NCBI GenBank assembly: GCA_002068325.1
Contig: MVZH01000001.1
Location: forward strand, 1-60,335
Origin: Lentisphaerae bacterium ADurb.BinA184
Lineage (GTDB): Bacteria > Verrucomicrobiota > Lentisphaeria > Oligosphaerales > MVZH01
Length of the DNA: 60,335 nt
Direction: 5' to 3'
In this document: positions 48,714 to 58,500 of the stretch, piece after piece
How positions within the stretch are numbered: position 1 is the first letter of the stretch
Layout: every line of letters starts with the position of its first letter
The notes under the pieces: model-generated
Seen by the model: only the letters and a program-made list of their open reading frames with translations
The model's database searches: none
What the model was told of the DNA's origin: nothing
Program-made: the position numbers and the translations under genes

Positions 48714-48809
48714 CGGACCTCGCGCCCATGAGTTGTCTCTCCCTCGCTTCCCCGATGCCCGCAACATACCCCCCGAAGCCCGGTCCGGCAATGCCCGCAC
48801 CGCCACGCC

Positions 48810-48829
48810 GAAGCCGGTTGCGCTGTGGG
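48810..48829 (+). repeat. IS left terminal inverted repeat GAAGCCGGTTGCGCTGTGGG
   Basis: Exact reverse complement of 50576-50595. Confidence 0.85.
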
Positions 48830-48998
48830 TGCGCCATAGGGCGGGGGAGGCGGGCGGCGGGCCGGCTTACCCGCAGGGCGTCCCCCGGACAGGGGCGGCT
48901 CCCCTTGGCGGAACCCCGGCGGCCGGCGGTTTCCAGGAAAAATCTGCAGAAATCTCCCCCAGCCGCTTGCCTAGGCGGGTATTTGTTGCTTTGCAGGC

Positions 48999-49004
48999 TA
49001 TATT
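48999..49004 (+). promoter_or_regulatory. -10-like box TATATT upstream of the transposase gene
   Basis: GCAGGCTATATTACCCC, 54 nt upstream of ATG 49058. Confidence 0.3.
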
Positions 49005-49057
49005 ACCCCCCCGGCGCGCGCCTGAGGCAGGCGCCGCGGAAACCGGAAAGGGCCACG

Positions 49058-50392
49058 ATGAAGCTGCCGTACACCGCCCCCCTGTTCGCCTGGGCCTACC
49101 TGGAGGACAACCCGTCGCTGCACACGCTGCGGCAGCTGCTGGAGGCCATCCCCGACGACGGGCTGCTGGCGGCGCTGCGCTCGCACCGCGGCCGGGGCCG
49201 CAACGAGTACCCGGTGGAGACGCTGTGGGGCACGCTGCTGCTGACCGTGGCGCTTCGGCACACCTCGATCGATGCGTGCCTGTCGGAGCTGCAGCGCAAC
49301 AGCGGGCTGCGGCTGCTGATCGGCATCCGCACCGCCGCCGGGGTGCCCAAGCCGTGGAACCTGTCGCGTTTCATGAAGCTGCTCGGCGAGGAGCCGTTCC
49401 GCGGCTTGAAGGAGGCGGCGTTCGACGCCATGGTCAGGCGGCTGGGCGAGGCGGTCCCGTCGCTGGGCGCGGCGACGGCGGGGGACTCCACCGGGCTGTC
49501 GGCGCGCAAGGGGCGGCCCGGGACGGAGGGCGGGCTGCCGCCGCCGACCGGCGGACGCAAGGAGTACACCGACGCCGGGGGCAAGGTGGTGCGCGTGGTC
49601 GAATGGTTCGGCTACAAGCTGCACCTGGTCGTCGACGCCCGGCATGAGGTGGCGCTGGCCTACCGGGTCACCGACACCAAGGCGGGGGACGGCGAGACGC
49701 TGCCCGGCCTGCTGGACGCGGCGCTGGGACGGCTGCCCGAGGGCCGGATGAAGACCCTCGCCTACGACCTGGCCGCCGACAGCCAGCCGTTCCACGCCGC
49801 GCTGCACGCCCGCGGCGTGCGCCCGGTGGTGCAGATGCGCGACCTCTGGACCGGCAGCCCCGACCGCCCGCTGCCCGGGCACGGGCACCTGCCGGTGCGC
49901 ATCACCTACGACCAGCTGGGCACCGTCCACTGCTGGGACGACTCCGGCCCCGCCCCGGTCCGCCGCCGCATGGCCTACACGGGGCACGAGCCGGCGCGCG
50001 GCACCCTCAAGTACCGCTGCCCGGCCATGACCGGCGAATGGCGCTGCGGCTGCGAGCGCAAGTGCAACCACGGCAAGACCTACGGACTCACCGTACGGGT
50101 CCGCCGCGAACTCGACCTGCGCCGCTTCCCGCCCATCCCCCGGGCGACCAAGGCCTTCGAGCGGCTGTACCGCGGCCGGACCTCCGTCGAGCGCGTCAAC
50201 GGCCGGCTGAAGATGTTCTGGGGCGCCGACGACGGGAACTTGAGCGGCGCCGCCCGCTTCCACGCCTACGTCGACGCGGTGATGCTGGTGCACCTGGCCT
50301 TCGCCACCGTGCTGGCCGGGGGCGGGCGGCCGGCCGGCAGCCTCGGCGCGATGGGGCTGGGCAAGGTCCAGGAGGCGCTGCGCCGCCGGTAG
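49058..50392 (+). CDS. DDE transposase (IS4/IS5 superfamily)
   Basis: ATG 49058 (MKLPYTAPLFAWAYLEDNPSL...). The N-terminus resembles the InsH-type transposase domain. DDE candidates are GDSTGLSA and LAYDLAADS, and the YREK signature is YRGRTSVERVNGRLK. A Cys-rich insert reads CPAMTGEWRCGCERKC. Confidence 0.9.
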   Translation: MKLPYTAPLFAWAYLEDNPSLHTLRQLLEAIPDDGLLAALRSHRGRGRNEYPVETLWGTLLLTVALRHTSIDACLSELQRNSGLRLLIGIRTAAGVPKPWNLSRFMKLLGEEPFRGLKEAAFDAMVRRLGEAVPSLGAATAGDSTGLSARKGRPGTEGGLPPPTGGRKEYTDAGGKVVRVVEWFGYKLHLVVDARHEVALAYRVTDTKAGDGETLPGLLDAALGRLPEGRMKTLAYDLAADSQPFHAALHARGVRPVVQMRDLWTGSPDRPLPGHGHLPVRITYDQLGTVHCWDDSGPAPVRRRMAYTGHEPARGTLKYRCPAMTGEWRCGCERKCNHGKTYGLTVRVRRELDLRRFPPIPRATKAFERLYRGRTSVERVNGRLKMFWGADDGNLSGAARFHAYVDAVMLVHLAFATVLAGGGRPAGSLGAMGLGKVQEALRRR

Positions 50393-50482
50393 CCCCGGCG
50401 GCTTGACCCAGGCTCCCGACCCGGGCACGGCCCGGAGCGTCCCGCCTGCCCGCGATCCCCGTCCGCCACGCCCCAAAAGCCC

Positions 50483-51493
50483 CTAAAACGCCCCTCCGCC
50501 GGCGCCGGCCGCCCCGCGAGCCTCCCCGACCGGCCGGACGACGCCCCCCGCAGCCTCCATCCACCGCTTACCCCCCCCACAGCGCAACCGGCTTCCGGCC
50601 GGGCGACCGTCCGCCGCCCCGTGGGGGAGCCGGCGCAGGGCGCCCCTCGAACGCGCCAAGGCAAAACGGTCGCGGCCGGCGTAGTCCGGGCGGACGGCAA
50701 CCTCGGCGTAGCCACGGGCGTCCAGCAGCTCGCGGACGGCGGCGCCCTGGGTCTCGCCAATTTCGAGCAGCAGCCAGCCGTCGGGGCTGAGGAAGCGCGG
50801 CGCCCCGTCGGCGATGCGGCGGATGATGTCGAGTCCCTCCGAGCCGGCCAGCAGAGCCGTCGCCGGCTCATGGTTGCGGACCTCGCAGGGCAGGGCGTCA
50901 TATTCGCCGGCGGACACGTAGGGCGGATTGGCGGTGATCAGCGAGAAGCGGCGTGGCGCCGGAAGCGGCCCGAAGAGGTCGCCTTGCACGAGAGTGAGAT
51001 TGGCGGCGCCGAGGGCCGCGGCATTGCGGCGGGCGTAGGCCAGGGCCGGTTCCGAGATGTCGGTGGCCAAGACGTGCGGCGGGCCGGGCAGAGTCAGGGC
51101 AAGGCTGATGGCGATGACGCCGGAACCCGTGCACAGGTCGCAGACCTCGCCGTGCCCCGGATACAGGCCCAGCGCCAGCTCGACCAGCTGCTCCGTCTCC
51201 GGACGGGGAATGAGGACGCCGGGGCCGACGCTGAATGTGCGGCCATGGAATTCAACGGTCCCGAGGACGTACTGCAACGGCCGTCCGCCGGCCCGTTCGC
51301 GGGCCAGTTCGGTGACCCGGGCCGTCTCGTCCGCGGAGAGCGGCGTCCGGCGGCAGACCCCGCTGAGCCAGCGGTCGCGGCCGATCACCTCCTGAACGAT
51401 CCACTCGGCTTCGCGCCGGGCATTCGTCACCCCCCCGTGCCGCAGACGCTCTGCGGTCGCCTTCACCAGCCCTGCAATCTGCCCGTCTTTCAA
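50483..51493 (-). CDS. prmC: release-factor glutamine N5-methyltransferase; last ~36 codons are IS-derived
   Basis: Motifs: PLQYVLGTVEFHGRTFSVGPGVLIPRPETE, DLCTGSGVIAISLA and ITANPPYV (the NPPY motif). The TTG start at 51493 overlaps the queF stop (TTGA); GTG 51466 is the alternative start. The ORF crosses the IS right end at 50595. Confidence 0.9.
   Translation of the reverse strand: MKDGQIAGLVKATAERLRHGGVTNARREAEWIVQEVIGRDRWLSGVCRRTPLSADETARVTELARERAGGRPLQYVLGTVEFHGRTFSVGPGVLIPRPETEQLVELALGLYPGHGEVCDLCTGSGVIAISLALTLPGPPHVLATDISEPALAYARRNAAALGAANLTLVQGDLFGPLPAPRRFSLITANPPYVSAGEYDALPCEVRNHEPATALLAGSEGLDIIRRIADGAPRFLSPDGWLLLEIGETQGAAVRELLDARGYAEVAVRPDYAGRDRFALARSRGALRRLPHGAADGRPAGSRLRCGGGKRWMEAAGGVVRPVGEARGAAGAGGGAF
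50576..50595 (-). repeat. IS right terminal inverted repeat
   Basis: The plus strand reads CCCACAGCGCAACCGGCTTC, the reverse complement of 48810-48829. Confidence 0.85.
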
Positions 51494-52035
51494 GCCCTGC
51501 CGCCTTCCGTCCGCCGGCCCTTCGACCCGCCGGGCCCCGCCCTGCCGGTCGCCGTCTCAGCGTCTCGGTTCGCCGGCTCCGCGCCCTTCGTGGGGTCGGC
51601 TCTCCGGTAGTGGCAGGCGACGCTGATGCTGATGCCGCCGCGCGGGTTGAACTCGCCCTCGACCACGATCTCACGCGGGGCGCAGGCGGCGATCAGGTCG
51701 TCCATGACGCGGTTGACGACTTCCTCGTGGAACGTGGGGTGGTTGCGGAAGGCGAACAGGTAGAGCTTCAGCGACTTGCTCTCGACGCACTCGCAGTCCG
51801 GGATGTAGCGGATGCGCAGCCGCCCGAAGTCGGGTTGGTTGGTGACCGGGCAGCGGGAGGTGAACTCCGGGCAGTCGAAGGTGACCCAGAAGTCGCGGTC
51901 GCGGTAGCGGTTGGCGAAGGTTTCCAGCCGCGCCTCGTCGGGGGTTTCGGGGTAGGGGGTTCGGCTGCGCCGCAGCAGGGTCAGGTTGCGGGCGATGTCC
52001 TGCGGGGTGCCGCCGTTGCGTCGGGCTGGTTTCAT
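51490..52035 (-). CDS. queF: NADPH-dependent 7-cyano-7-deazaguanine reductase (type I QueF)
   Basis: ATG 52035 follows CAGGAG. Motifs: FDCPEFTSRCPVTNQPDF, ESKSLKLYLFAFRNH and PRGGISI. Confidence 0.9.
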   Translation of the reverse strand: MKPARRNGGTPQDIARNLTLLRRSRTPYPETPDEARLETFANRYRDRDFWVTFDCPEFTSRCPVTNQPDFGRLRIRYIPDCECVESKSLKLYLFAFRNHPTFHEEVVNRVMDDLIAACAPREIVVEGEFNPRGGISISVACHYRRADPTKGAEPANRDAETATGRAGPGGSKGRRTEGGRA

Positions 52036-52080
52036 GGCCGGCTCCTGGGCGTGGGGCGCGGGGCGCGGGGCTTGGCCGGC

Positions 52081-52086
52081 AATATA
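52081..52086 (-). promoter_or_regulatory. -10-like box TATATT upstream of queF
   Basis: The minus strand reads CCGGACTATATTGCC, 46 nt upstream of ATG 52035. Confidence 0.35.
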
Positions 52087-52464
52087 GTCCGGCGGGCCCG
52101 GCTTTGCCGCGGTTCTCCGGCCGTGCATTCGGCGATGGCTTGGGCACCAAGGCAGGACACGCGCCTGCCAGCCCGCGGCCAAGCCTTCGCCTCTCAGAGC
52201 ATCCTCCGCCCTCAGTCCCCCGCTCATCCCCACGTTTCTACGAGCGAGGCAAGGCTGATGGAAACCGGGACGGTTGCCCTGCCATGCCGCTCCGCACCCC
52301 ATCCGCCGCCCCGCATTCCCCATCGCCGCCCGCGACTGGCAGTCTCCCCGTCTGCGTGCATATTAGCCGACGTTGCCACGGCGACGTGACGCGCGCGCTT
52401 CGGGAAAGTCCCCCGCATCGGCGGCGTGCGCAGCCGGCGCCGCGGCGTGTGGAGACACCGCGCA

Positions 52465-55329
52465 ATGGAACCGAATCCCCTCCCGGCCGAGGCGCGCGGG
52501 AAGTGGATCTGGCGGCCAGACCTGAAGAACCAGGTTGAGACGCACATCCTCTTCCGGCGAGAGTTCACCCTCGATGCCATCCCCAGCTCGGCGGAACTGT
52601 GGATCGCCGCCCGCTCGTTCTACCACCTCTTCGTCAACGGCCACCATCTCGGCTACGCCCTGGGCACCGCCCCCAGGCGGGCCTCCTACGTGCGCAGCTA
52701 CGACGTCGCCTACCTGCTGGCCACCGGCACCAACGTGCTCGCGGTCATGGCCCACAACACCGAGGTCGCCCGCTCGTCCTGCTTCGCACAGCCCGGCGGC
52801 CTGTGGTGCCAGCTGGACGTCAACGACAAACCCTTGGTGTGGAGCGACCGTTCCTTCAAGACGCTGATCCCCGCCGCCTACGCCGGAAACCGTCCCCGCC
52901 GCTCCGTGTCCGAGGCGTTCACCGAGCGCGTCGACTTGGGCGAGTTCCCGGCCGGCTGGCGCGACCCCGGCTTCGGCGACGCACACTGGATCGCCCCCGA
53001 GCTGTGCCCGGAACCCGACGGCGACGGCTGGATCCTCCTGCCCTGCCCGGGGCCCGAGCTGACCGTCCAACCCCGCCGCTTCGAGCAGACCGCCCTGCGC
53101 GGCACTTGGCGCCGTTCCCGCGCCGCCACCAACGTCTCCTTCGAGAACCTCGCCGCCCGCCGCGGCCCGGGCGCCTACGTCGCCGAAACTCACCTCTTCT
53201 CACCCGAGGAGACTGACCTCGGCTTCGAACTGTACGCCGACAACCCCTACCGCCTGTTCCTTAACGGCCAGGCCATCAAGGAACAGGGCCTGCGACCGTT
53301 GACCGCCGGCGACCCGTACCCCCCCCGCCCCGACGGCGGCTTCCGCCAAGGCGAGATGGTCGGCCCCGACGGCGTCATGCACCTGGTCGAGGGCTGGAAC
53401 CGCCTCACCTTCTTCCTCGACGTCCAGCCGGGAACCTCCGGCATGACCATGATCTTTCCGCAGCGGGCTGCGGACGCCGTACACCTGCAACGCGTGCCCG
53501 ACCGCACCGCCCTGCCGGGCTGGTCGGTGTCCGGCCCCCTGCGCACACCCATGGTCAACATCCTCGGCAACCTCACGCTGGCCGGTGACGACAGCAAGGA
53601 GTTCCATATTCCGGTCGGCGACCGTCCGGTCGCTGAGGGCCCCGAGCTGATGGCCTGCGACTTCACACCCGACGCCGCCTTCCAGCCCGCCGCCTTCCCG
53701 TTCGAGGAGGGCGTCGAACTCCGCCAGGGCCAGTACGTCATCCTCGAAATCGAGGAGACCGTCTTCGGCTGCCCGCGCCTGCGGCTGGAGGGCAGCCGCG
53801 GCGACCTCGTCGATGTCATCACCGGCACCGAGGTGGCGGGCGGCCAGCTGCCGCCCTGGCGCGAGGGCAGGGATCACACCGACACGCTGATCCTGGGCGC
53901 CGCCCCGACCGAGTGGATGAGCGGCTTCCCCAAGGCCGTCAGCGCCGTCATGGTCGTCGCCCGCCAGGCGCAAAGCGTGGTCCGCCTCTCCGAGGCCATG
54001 GTCAAGACACGCCGCTACAGCTTCCCCAACCCCGGGCGCTTCGAGTGCGCCGACCCCGCCCTGAACGCCATCTGGCGCAACAGCCGGCGAACCCTCGACG
54101 CCACCGTCCAAGAGACCTTCATGGACGCGCCCGGCAAGGAGCAGACCCAGTACATCGCCGACGCCCTCATCGAGTCGTGGGCCAGCTACCACGTCTACGG
54201 CGACTTCAGCCTGGCGGCGCGAAGCCTCGTCGAGTTCGCCAGCGCCCAGTTCGAAACCGGCGAAATGCCCGCCGCCTGCCCCAGCGGCCTCTACTGGAAC
54301 ATCGCCGACTACGCCCTCCTGTGGCCGGTGTGGCTGCGGCAACACTACCTCTATACCGGAGACCGCAAACTCCTTGACCGCCTCCTCCCCAACGCCGAAA
54401 ACCTCTTCAGCTACTTCGCCGAAATCACCGACCCGGAAACCGGCGCCCTGCGCGACCTCGGCCGCCGCTTCAAGGCGTACTGCTTCCTCGATCACGGCCC
54501 CATCGACCGGCACGGCGTCGTCACCGGCCTCAATGCCCTCTACGTGCGCGCACTCCTCAGCGGCGTCTGGCTCTTCGACACCGTCGGCCGCGAGGAAATC
54601 GCCGAACTCCTGCGGCAACGCGCCACCCGTGTCGTCGCCAGCCTGCGCACCCTCGCCTGGAACCCCGAGCTGGGACTCTTCGCCGACGGCTGGGACGGCG
54701 AGCGCGCCGCCCGCCACTCCCCGCAGACCAACGTGCTGGCACTCTACGGCGGACTCGCCGACCCCGCCGAATACGACCGCATCTTCTCGGCCCTCTTCAC
54801 CGCGGAGCCGCCCTTCGAGAGGGAGGCCCCGGGACCCGCCAACAACCCCTACTTCAAGTACTTCGTACTGGAGACCGCCTTTGCCCTCGGACGGCGTGGG
54901 TGGGCGTTCGACTACATGCGGTGGTACTGGAACAGCATGATCGAACACGGCGCCCGAACCTGGTGGGAACTCTTCGACCCGGAGGCGGCGCCCGGCCAGC
55001 ACAGCACCGGCAGCGGCTGCCACGGCTACGGCGCCTCGCCGAGCGCCTTCCTGATCCGCGAGGTCGCCGGCATACGCCCCGCCATCCCCGGCTTCACGGC
55101 AGTCTATTTCAACCCCCTCTACCAGCGCGTCCGCTCGGCACAGGCCAAGATCCCCACCCGCTACGGACATATCTCCGTCGAGTGGGAGATGCAGGACGAC
55201 GGCCACCTCGAAGCCGCCATCGATGCCACCTATCCGCTGGCCGTCATCCCCGAGCTCCAATCCGATGTCGCCGCCACCGCCACCCTCCGCGTCAGCGAGG
55301 AAGTCAGCATCTTCGCCGCCGAGGGATAG
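52465..55329 (+). CDS. GH78-like alpha-L-rhamnosidase family protein
   Basis: ATG 52465. The N-terminus KWIWRPD...ILFRREFTLD...AELWIAARSFYHLFVNGHHLG matches the rhamnosidase N-terminal domain pattern. The six-hairpin region reads FMDAPGKEQTQYIADAL...NVLALYGGLA...TWWELF...SGCHGYGASPSAFL. It is divergent from the canonical DCPxRE motif. Confidence 0.75.
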   Translation: MEPNPLPAEARGKWIWRPDLKNQVETHILFRREFTLDAIPSSAELWIAARSFYHLFVNGHHLGYALGTAPRRASYVRSYDVAYLLATGTNVLAVMAHNTEVARSSCFAQPGGLWCQLDVNDKPLVWSDRSFKTLIPAAYAGNRPRRSVSEAFTERVDLGEFPAGWRDPGFGDAHWIAPELCPEPDGDGWILLPCPGPELTVQPRRFEQTALRGTWRRSRAATNVSFENLAARRGPGAYVAETHLFSPEETDLGFELYADNPYRLFLNGQAIKEQGLRPLTAGDPYPPRPDGGFRQGEMVGPDGVMHLVEGWNRLTFFLDVQPGTSGMTMIFPQRAADAVHLQRVPDRTALPGWSVSGPLRTPMVNILGNLTLAGDDSKEFHIPVGDRPVAEGPELMACDFTPDAAFQPAAFPFEEGVELRQGQYVILEIEETVFGCPRLRLEGSRGDLVDVITGTEVAGGQLPPWREGRDHTDTLILGAAPTEWMSGFPKAVSAVMVVARQAQSVVRLSEAMVKTRRYSFPNPGRFECADPALNAIWRNSRRTLDATVQETFMDAPGKEQTQYIADALIESWASYHVYGDFSLAARSLVEFASAQFETGEMPAACPSGLYWNIADYALLWPVWLRQHYLYTGDRKLLDRLLPNAENLFSYFAEITDPETGALRDLGRRFKAYCFLDHGPIDRHGVVTGLNALYVRALLSGVWLFDTVGREEIAELLRQRATRVVASLRTLAWNPELGLFADGWDGERAARHSPQTNVLALYGGLADPAEYDRIFSALFTAEPPFEREAPGPANNPYFKYFVLETAFALGRRGWAFDYMRWYWNSMIEHGARTWWELFDPEAAPGQHSTGSGCHGYGASPSAFLIREVAGIRPAIPGFTAVYFNPLYQRVRSAQAKIPTRYGHISVEWEMQDDGHLEAAIDATYPLAVIPELQSDVAATATLRVSEEVSIFAAEG

Positions 55330-55545
55330 CTACGGCCCCCTACCCACCCCCCCCAGAGAGTTGCTGATCGTCCCGGAACCCTCTCGACTGACTGCCAAGG
55401 CTCCAAGTCGCCTGGAGCCGGCGATACCCGCCGTCAGACACGTGCGACGGACAGCGCCACTTGCCGGGACTGACGGCCCCGCCCCGCAGGGTGGATAAAG
55501 GCGATTATTAGGACTGACCCCGAGGCTCACAGAAGGAGGGACCCC

Positions 55546-58500
55546 ATGTCGAGCGATCGCCGGAGAGTGGCGGCCCGAGTGACGGCCCGAGTGCTGATCC
55601 CACTGGCGGGGGTGTTCATCGTGAAGGCGACGGGCGGGGAGCTGGCGAGGTTTGAGCTGCGCGAGTGCCTCGGCCTCACATACGCGGCGCAGCCGGTTCA
55701 CGGCACGGTCGAGATCCCGCGCGGGGCCCTGAAGGAGACCGCCCGCTGCACCCTGCGCGACGGCGCCGGGCAGGCGCTGGCCGCGCAGGTCAAGGCGATG
55801 GATGGCTGGGATGACGGGTCGGTCCGCCACGCCCGCGTGAGCTTCCTCACTGAGCTGGAACCGCTTGCCCACAAGTCGTTTACGCTCGACGACTCCGGGC
55901 AGGCACCGCCCGACGACGGCACCCTCACCCTCACCCGCGGCCCCGACACGCTCGTGCTCGCCTCGCCGCTGGCGGCGGTCGAGATCCCCGGCCGCCGCAA
56001 CTGGTTCGGACGGGGCTGGATCACGCTGGACAGCAGCTTCCGGCTGCAGGGACGCACGGTGACGGTCAGCGACGACGGCCCGATTGTCAAGCGCGTCATG
56101 GTGACCAGCTCCTACGTCAAGGGGGCGAAGTCGAACACCTTTGTCGGCGACGTGTGCCTGCACGCCGTCGAGGTCACGCTGTGCCGCGGCGAGGAGCTGG
56201 TGCGCATCAAGGAATCGTTCTCCTTCCCCTTCACCGATCTGGCGCCGCAGGAGTTCGCCTTTGATTTCTACCCGGGCTTCGAACCCGACACCTCGGTGTG
56301 CCGGCCGGCCTGGAGCGCCGAAGGGCCGACTTTCGACGTGGGCAGCTCGTGGGACCTGCAGCCGTACCAGGGGCCGATGTTCCCCCTGCACTACGACCGC
56401 GACGACACGGTCGGCTCGCTCACCCCGTGGTCGGCGCATCCGCAGGCGTGGGTGCACTTCGGCTGCTACCGCGAGGCGGCCGGGGCGGAGGCCGAGATGG
56501 CGGGGGTGATGATCACGGCACCGGAGGCGTGGGACCACATCGCCTACATCAGCCCGGACGACAGCTGGCGGCTGGTGCAGAACCCGCACGCCTTCTTCAC
56601 CATGAAGAGGATCAAGGACGTCCGTCTCTCGGTTGGCCGCGGAGGCGGCCTGGTGGCGCACTTCCCGCTGTCCACGGGGGCACGCGAGTGGGCGTTCTTC
56701 GTCGGCGGGCCGTTCCCGCGCACGACGCCGCTTCCGGCCAAGGCCGGCGAGACCGGCGAGCCGAGGCAGAACGCCGCCGCGCCGCGCGACTACTTCAAGG
56801 CGAAGGTCAACCACTACGCCTTCAATCCCCTCGACCGGGTCAAGGACTGGGTCCTCGCCTGGCCCGAGGCTCCCGACGTCGCCTACCCGCACCTCTACTA
56901 CTCGCGTGAGGAGTTCGAGGCGCGGCGGCAGACGTACAACGCCTGGGAGGGTCAGAAGACCGTGCCCGCCTTGGATGATCCCGCCGCGCTGGCGAAGCTG
57001 AAGGACGCAGTCCTCCAGCTGGCCGACGAGGCGGTCCAGCGCATGGCCGTCAACCCCGGGCCGCCCCATCACGTCACCCAGGTCGTCTACCCCGCCGCCA
57101 ACCTCGCCGACCTGCTGCTGGGCACGGACGCGCTGTCGCCCGACGAACGCAACCTTCTGCGCGCCCGCCTCGCCTACATGGCCTACCGGCTGAACTGGCG
57201 CGGCTACTGGGCCCCGGAGCTCGGCTACGCGGCCAACCCCAACATGACCTCGTTCTGCTACGACGCGGTCGGACTCCTCGGCCTGCTGCTCGCCGACCAC
57301 CCCGAGGCCGAGAACTGGGTGCGCGCCTGCACCACCGAGATCGACCGCGAACTGGCCGGCTGGATCTCCGACGACGGCGCCTGGATCGAGTCCCTCGGCT
57401 ACGTCCGCGCCGCCTGGCATGAACACTCCATGCTCATGACCGCCCTCAAACACACCGGCCGCCGCGACTACTTCCGCGACCCGCGCGTCCAGAAGTTCTT
57501 CCGCTATTACTTCACCGCCCAGACGCCGCCGCACCCCGAGCGCGGGTATCAGCGGACGCTGGCGATCATCGGCCACGTCTTCGGTATGCAGGCGGTGGAC
57601 GAGTTCAACGTCTGGGCGCGCGGCCTGGCGGACGGCGACCCCGCCCTCTCCGGCGCCCTGCAGTGGATGTGGAAGGAGTTTGGGTTCGGCAATTCGGCCG
57701 AGATGAAGGGGCGGACGCTGTACCGGGCGTCGGGCGCCGACTTCAGCCACTGGTTCGGCGGCGTGCGCGGCCTGCCGCCGTACAAGGAGATCGCCCTCAA
57801 CGACCCGGCCCTCGAAGCCGTCGCGCCGACCGACCCCGGCCTGCGCCTGGGGGGGCGGTTCCGCGGCTTCGGCGCCATACTCAACAGCCACTTCGGCGGT
57901 CGCCAGGAAACCAAACTCTACCTCCGCCAAGGCGCCTACTACTCGCACTGGGATGCCGACCAGGGCGGCATCGTCTTCTGGGGAAAGGGCGCGCCCCTGG
58001 TGCTGGATCACGGCTACGGCGAATACCACCCGTGGTTCCACAGCCGCGTCAACGTCAACCACATGTACGACGACGACCTCGGCGAGGTCACCGCCTGTTT
58101 CGCGGGCGAAGGCGGGGCGTTCGTGCAGGGCGACATCACGCTCTCGCGCCTCAGCCTCCGCGAGCACGCCTGGGTGAAGGAATGGCCGTTCAAGCCGGAG
58201 CCGATCAACGGGCGCTCGCTGCGCACCGACTGGCGGCGGCGGATCGTTTTCATGAAAGACCCGGTGCCGGAAGGGCCGAACTACCTCGTGGTGCGCGACA
58301 CCGTCCGCGGCGAGCTGCCGACCGAATGGGTGCTGTGGGCGTACGGCGCCGTCGCCGACTTGCAGGCGACTCCCATCCGCGCACGCGGCCAGTTCGGCGT
58401 CGACCTGCTCGTCTACCTGCTCGATGCCGACAAGGGCACGGTGAACACCGGCCGGCTGGACTTCAGCGCGGAACCCGCCTGGGACGCGCGGCCGAAACAA

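Larger units (their letters stand above)
48810..50595 (+). mobile_element. insertion sequence, 1,786 bp, IS4/IS5-superfamily (IS5/IS1182-like)
   Basis: Perfect 20-bp terminal inverted repeats bracket a single intact DDE transposase gene. Read as 19-bp IRs, both ends are flanked by CCG (48808-48810 and 50595-50597), a possible 3-bp target duplication. Confidence 0.8.

Noticed and set aside
48714-48809. After notional IS excision with a 3-bp duplication, the prmC frame would run in-frame into the 48806 ORF (CpXC gene), hinting at an ancestral fusion.
   Set aside because: The other excision frame is also open, for at least ~80 nt as far as I translated it, because of GC richness. The result depends on an unverified TSD length. 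The CpXC gene has its own plausible ATG at 48713.
51490-51620. The QueF C-terminal tail (ADPTKGAEPANRDAETATGRAGPGGSKGRRTEGGRA) as an abnormal extension.
   Set aside because: Type I QueF proteins such as the Bacillus enzyme also carry ~40 residues after the PRGGIS motif, so the length is not anomalous.
52036-52130. preQ1 riboswitch upstream of queF.
   Set aside because: The leader between the TATATT box and the ATG is only ~40 nt. It is GC-rich (GCCGGCCAAGCCCCGCGCCCCGCGCCCCACGCCCAGGAGCC) and lacks the A-rich tail and hairpin of preQ1 aptamers.
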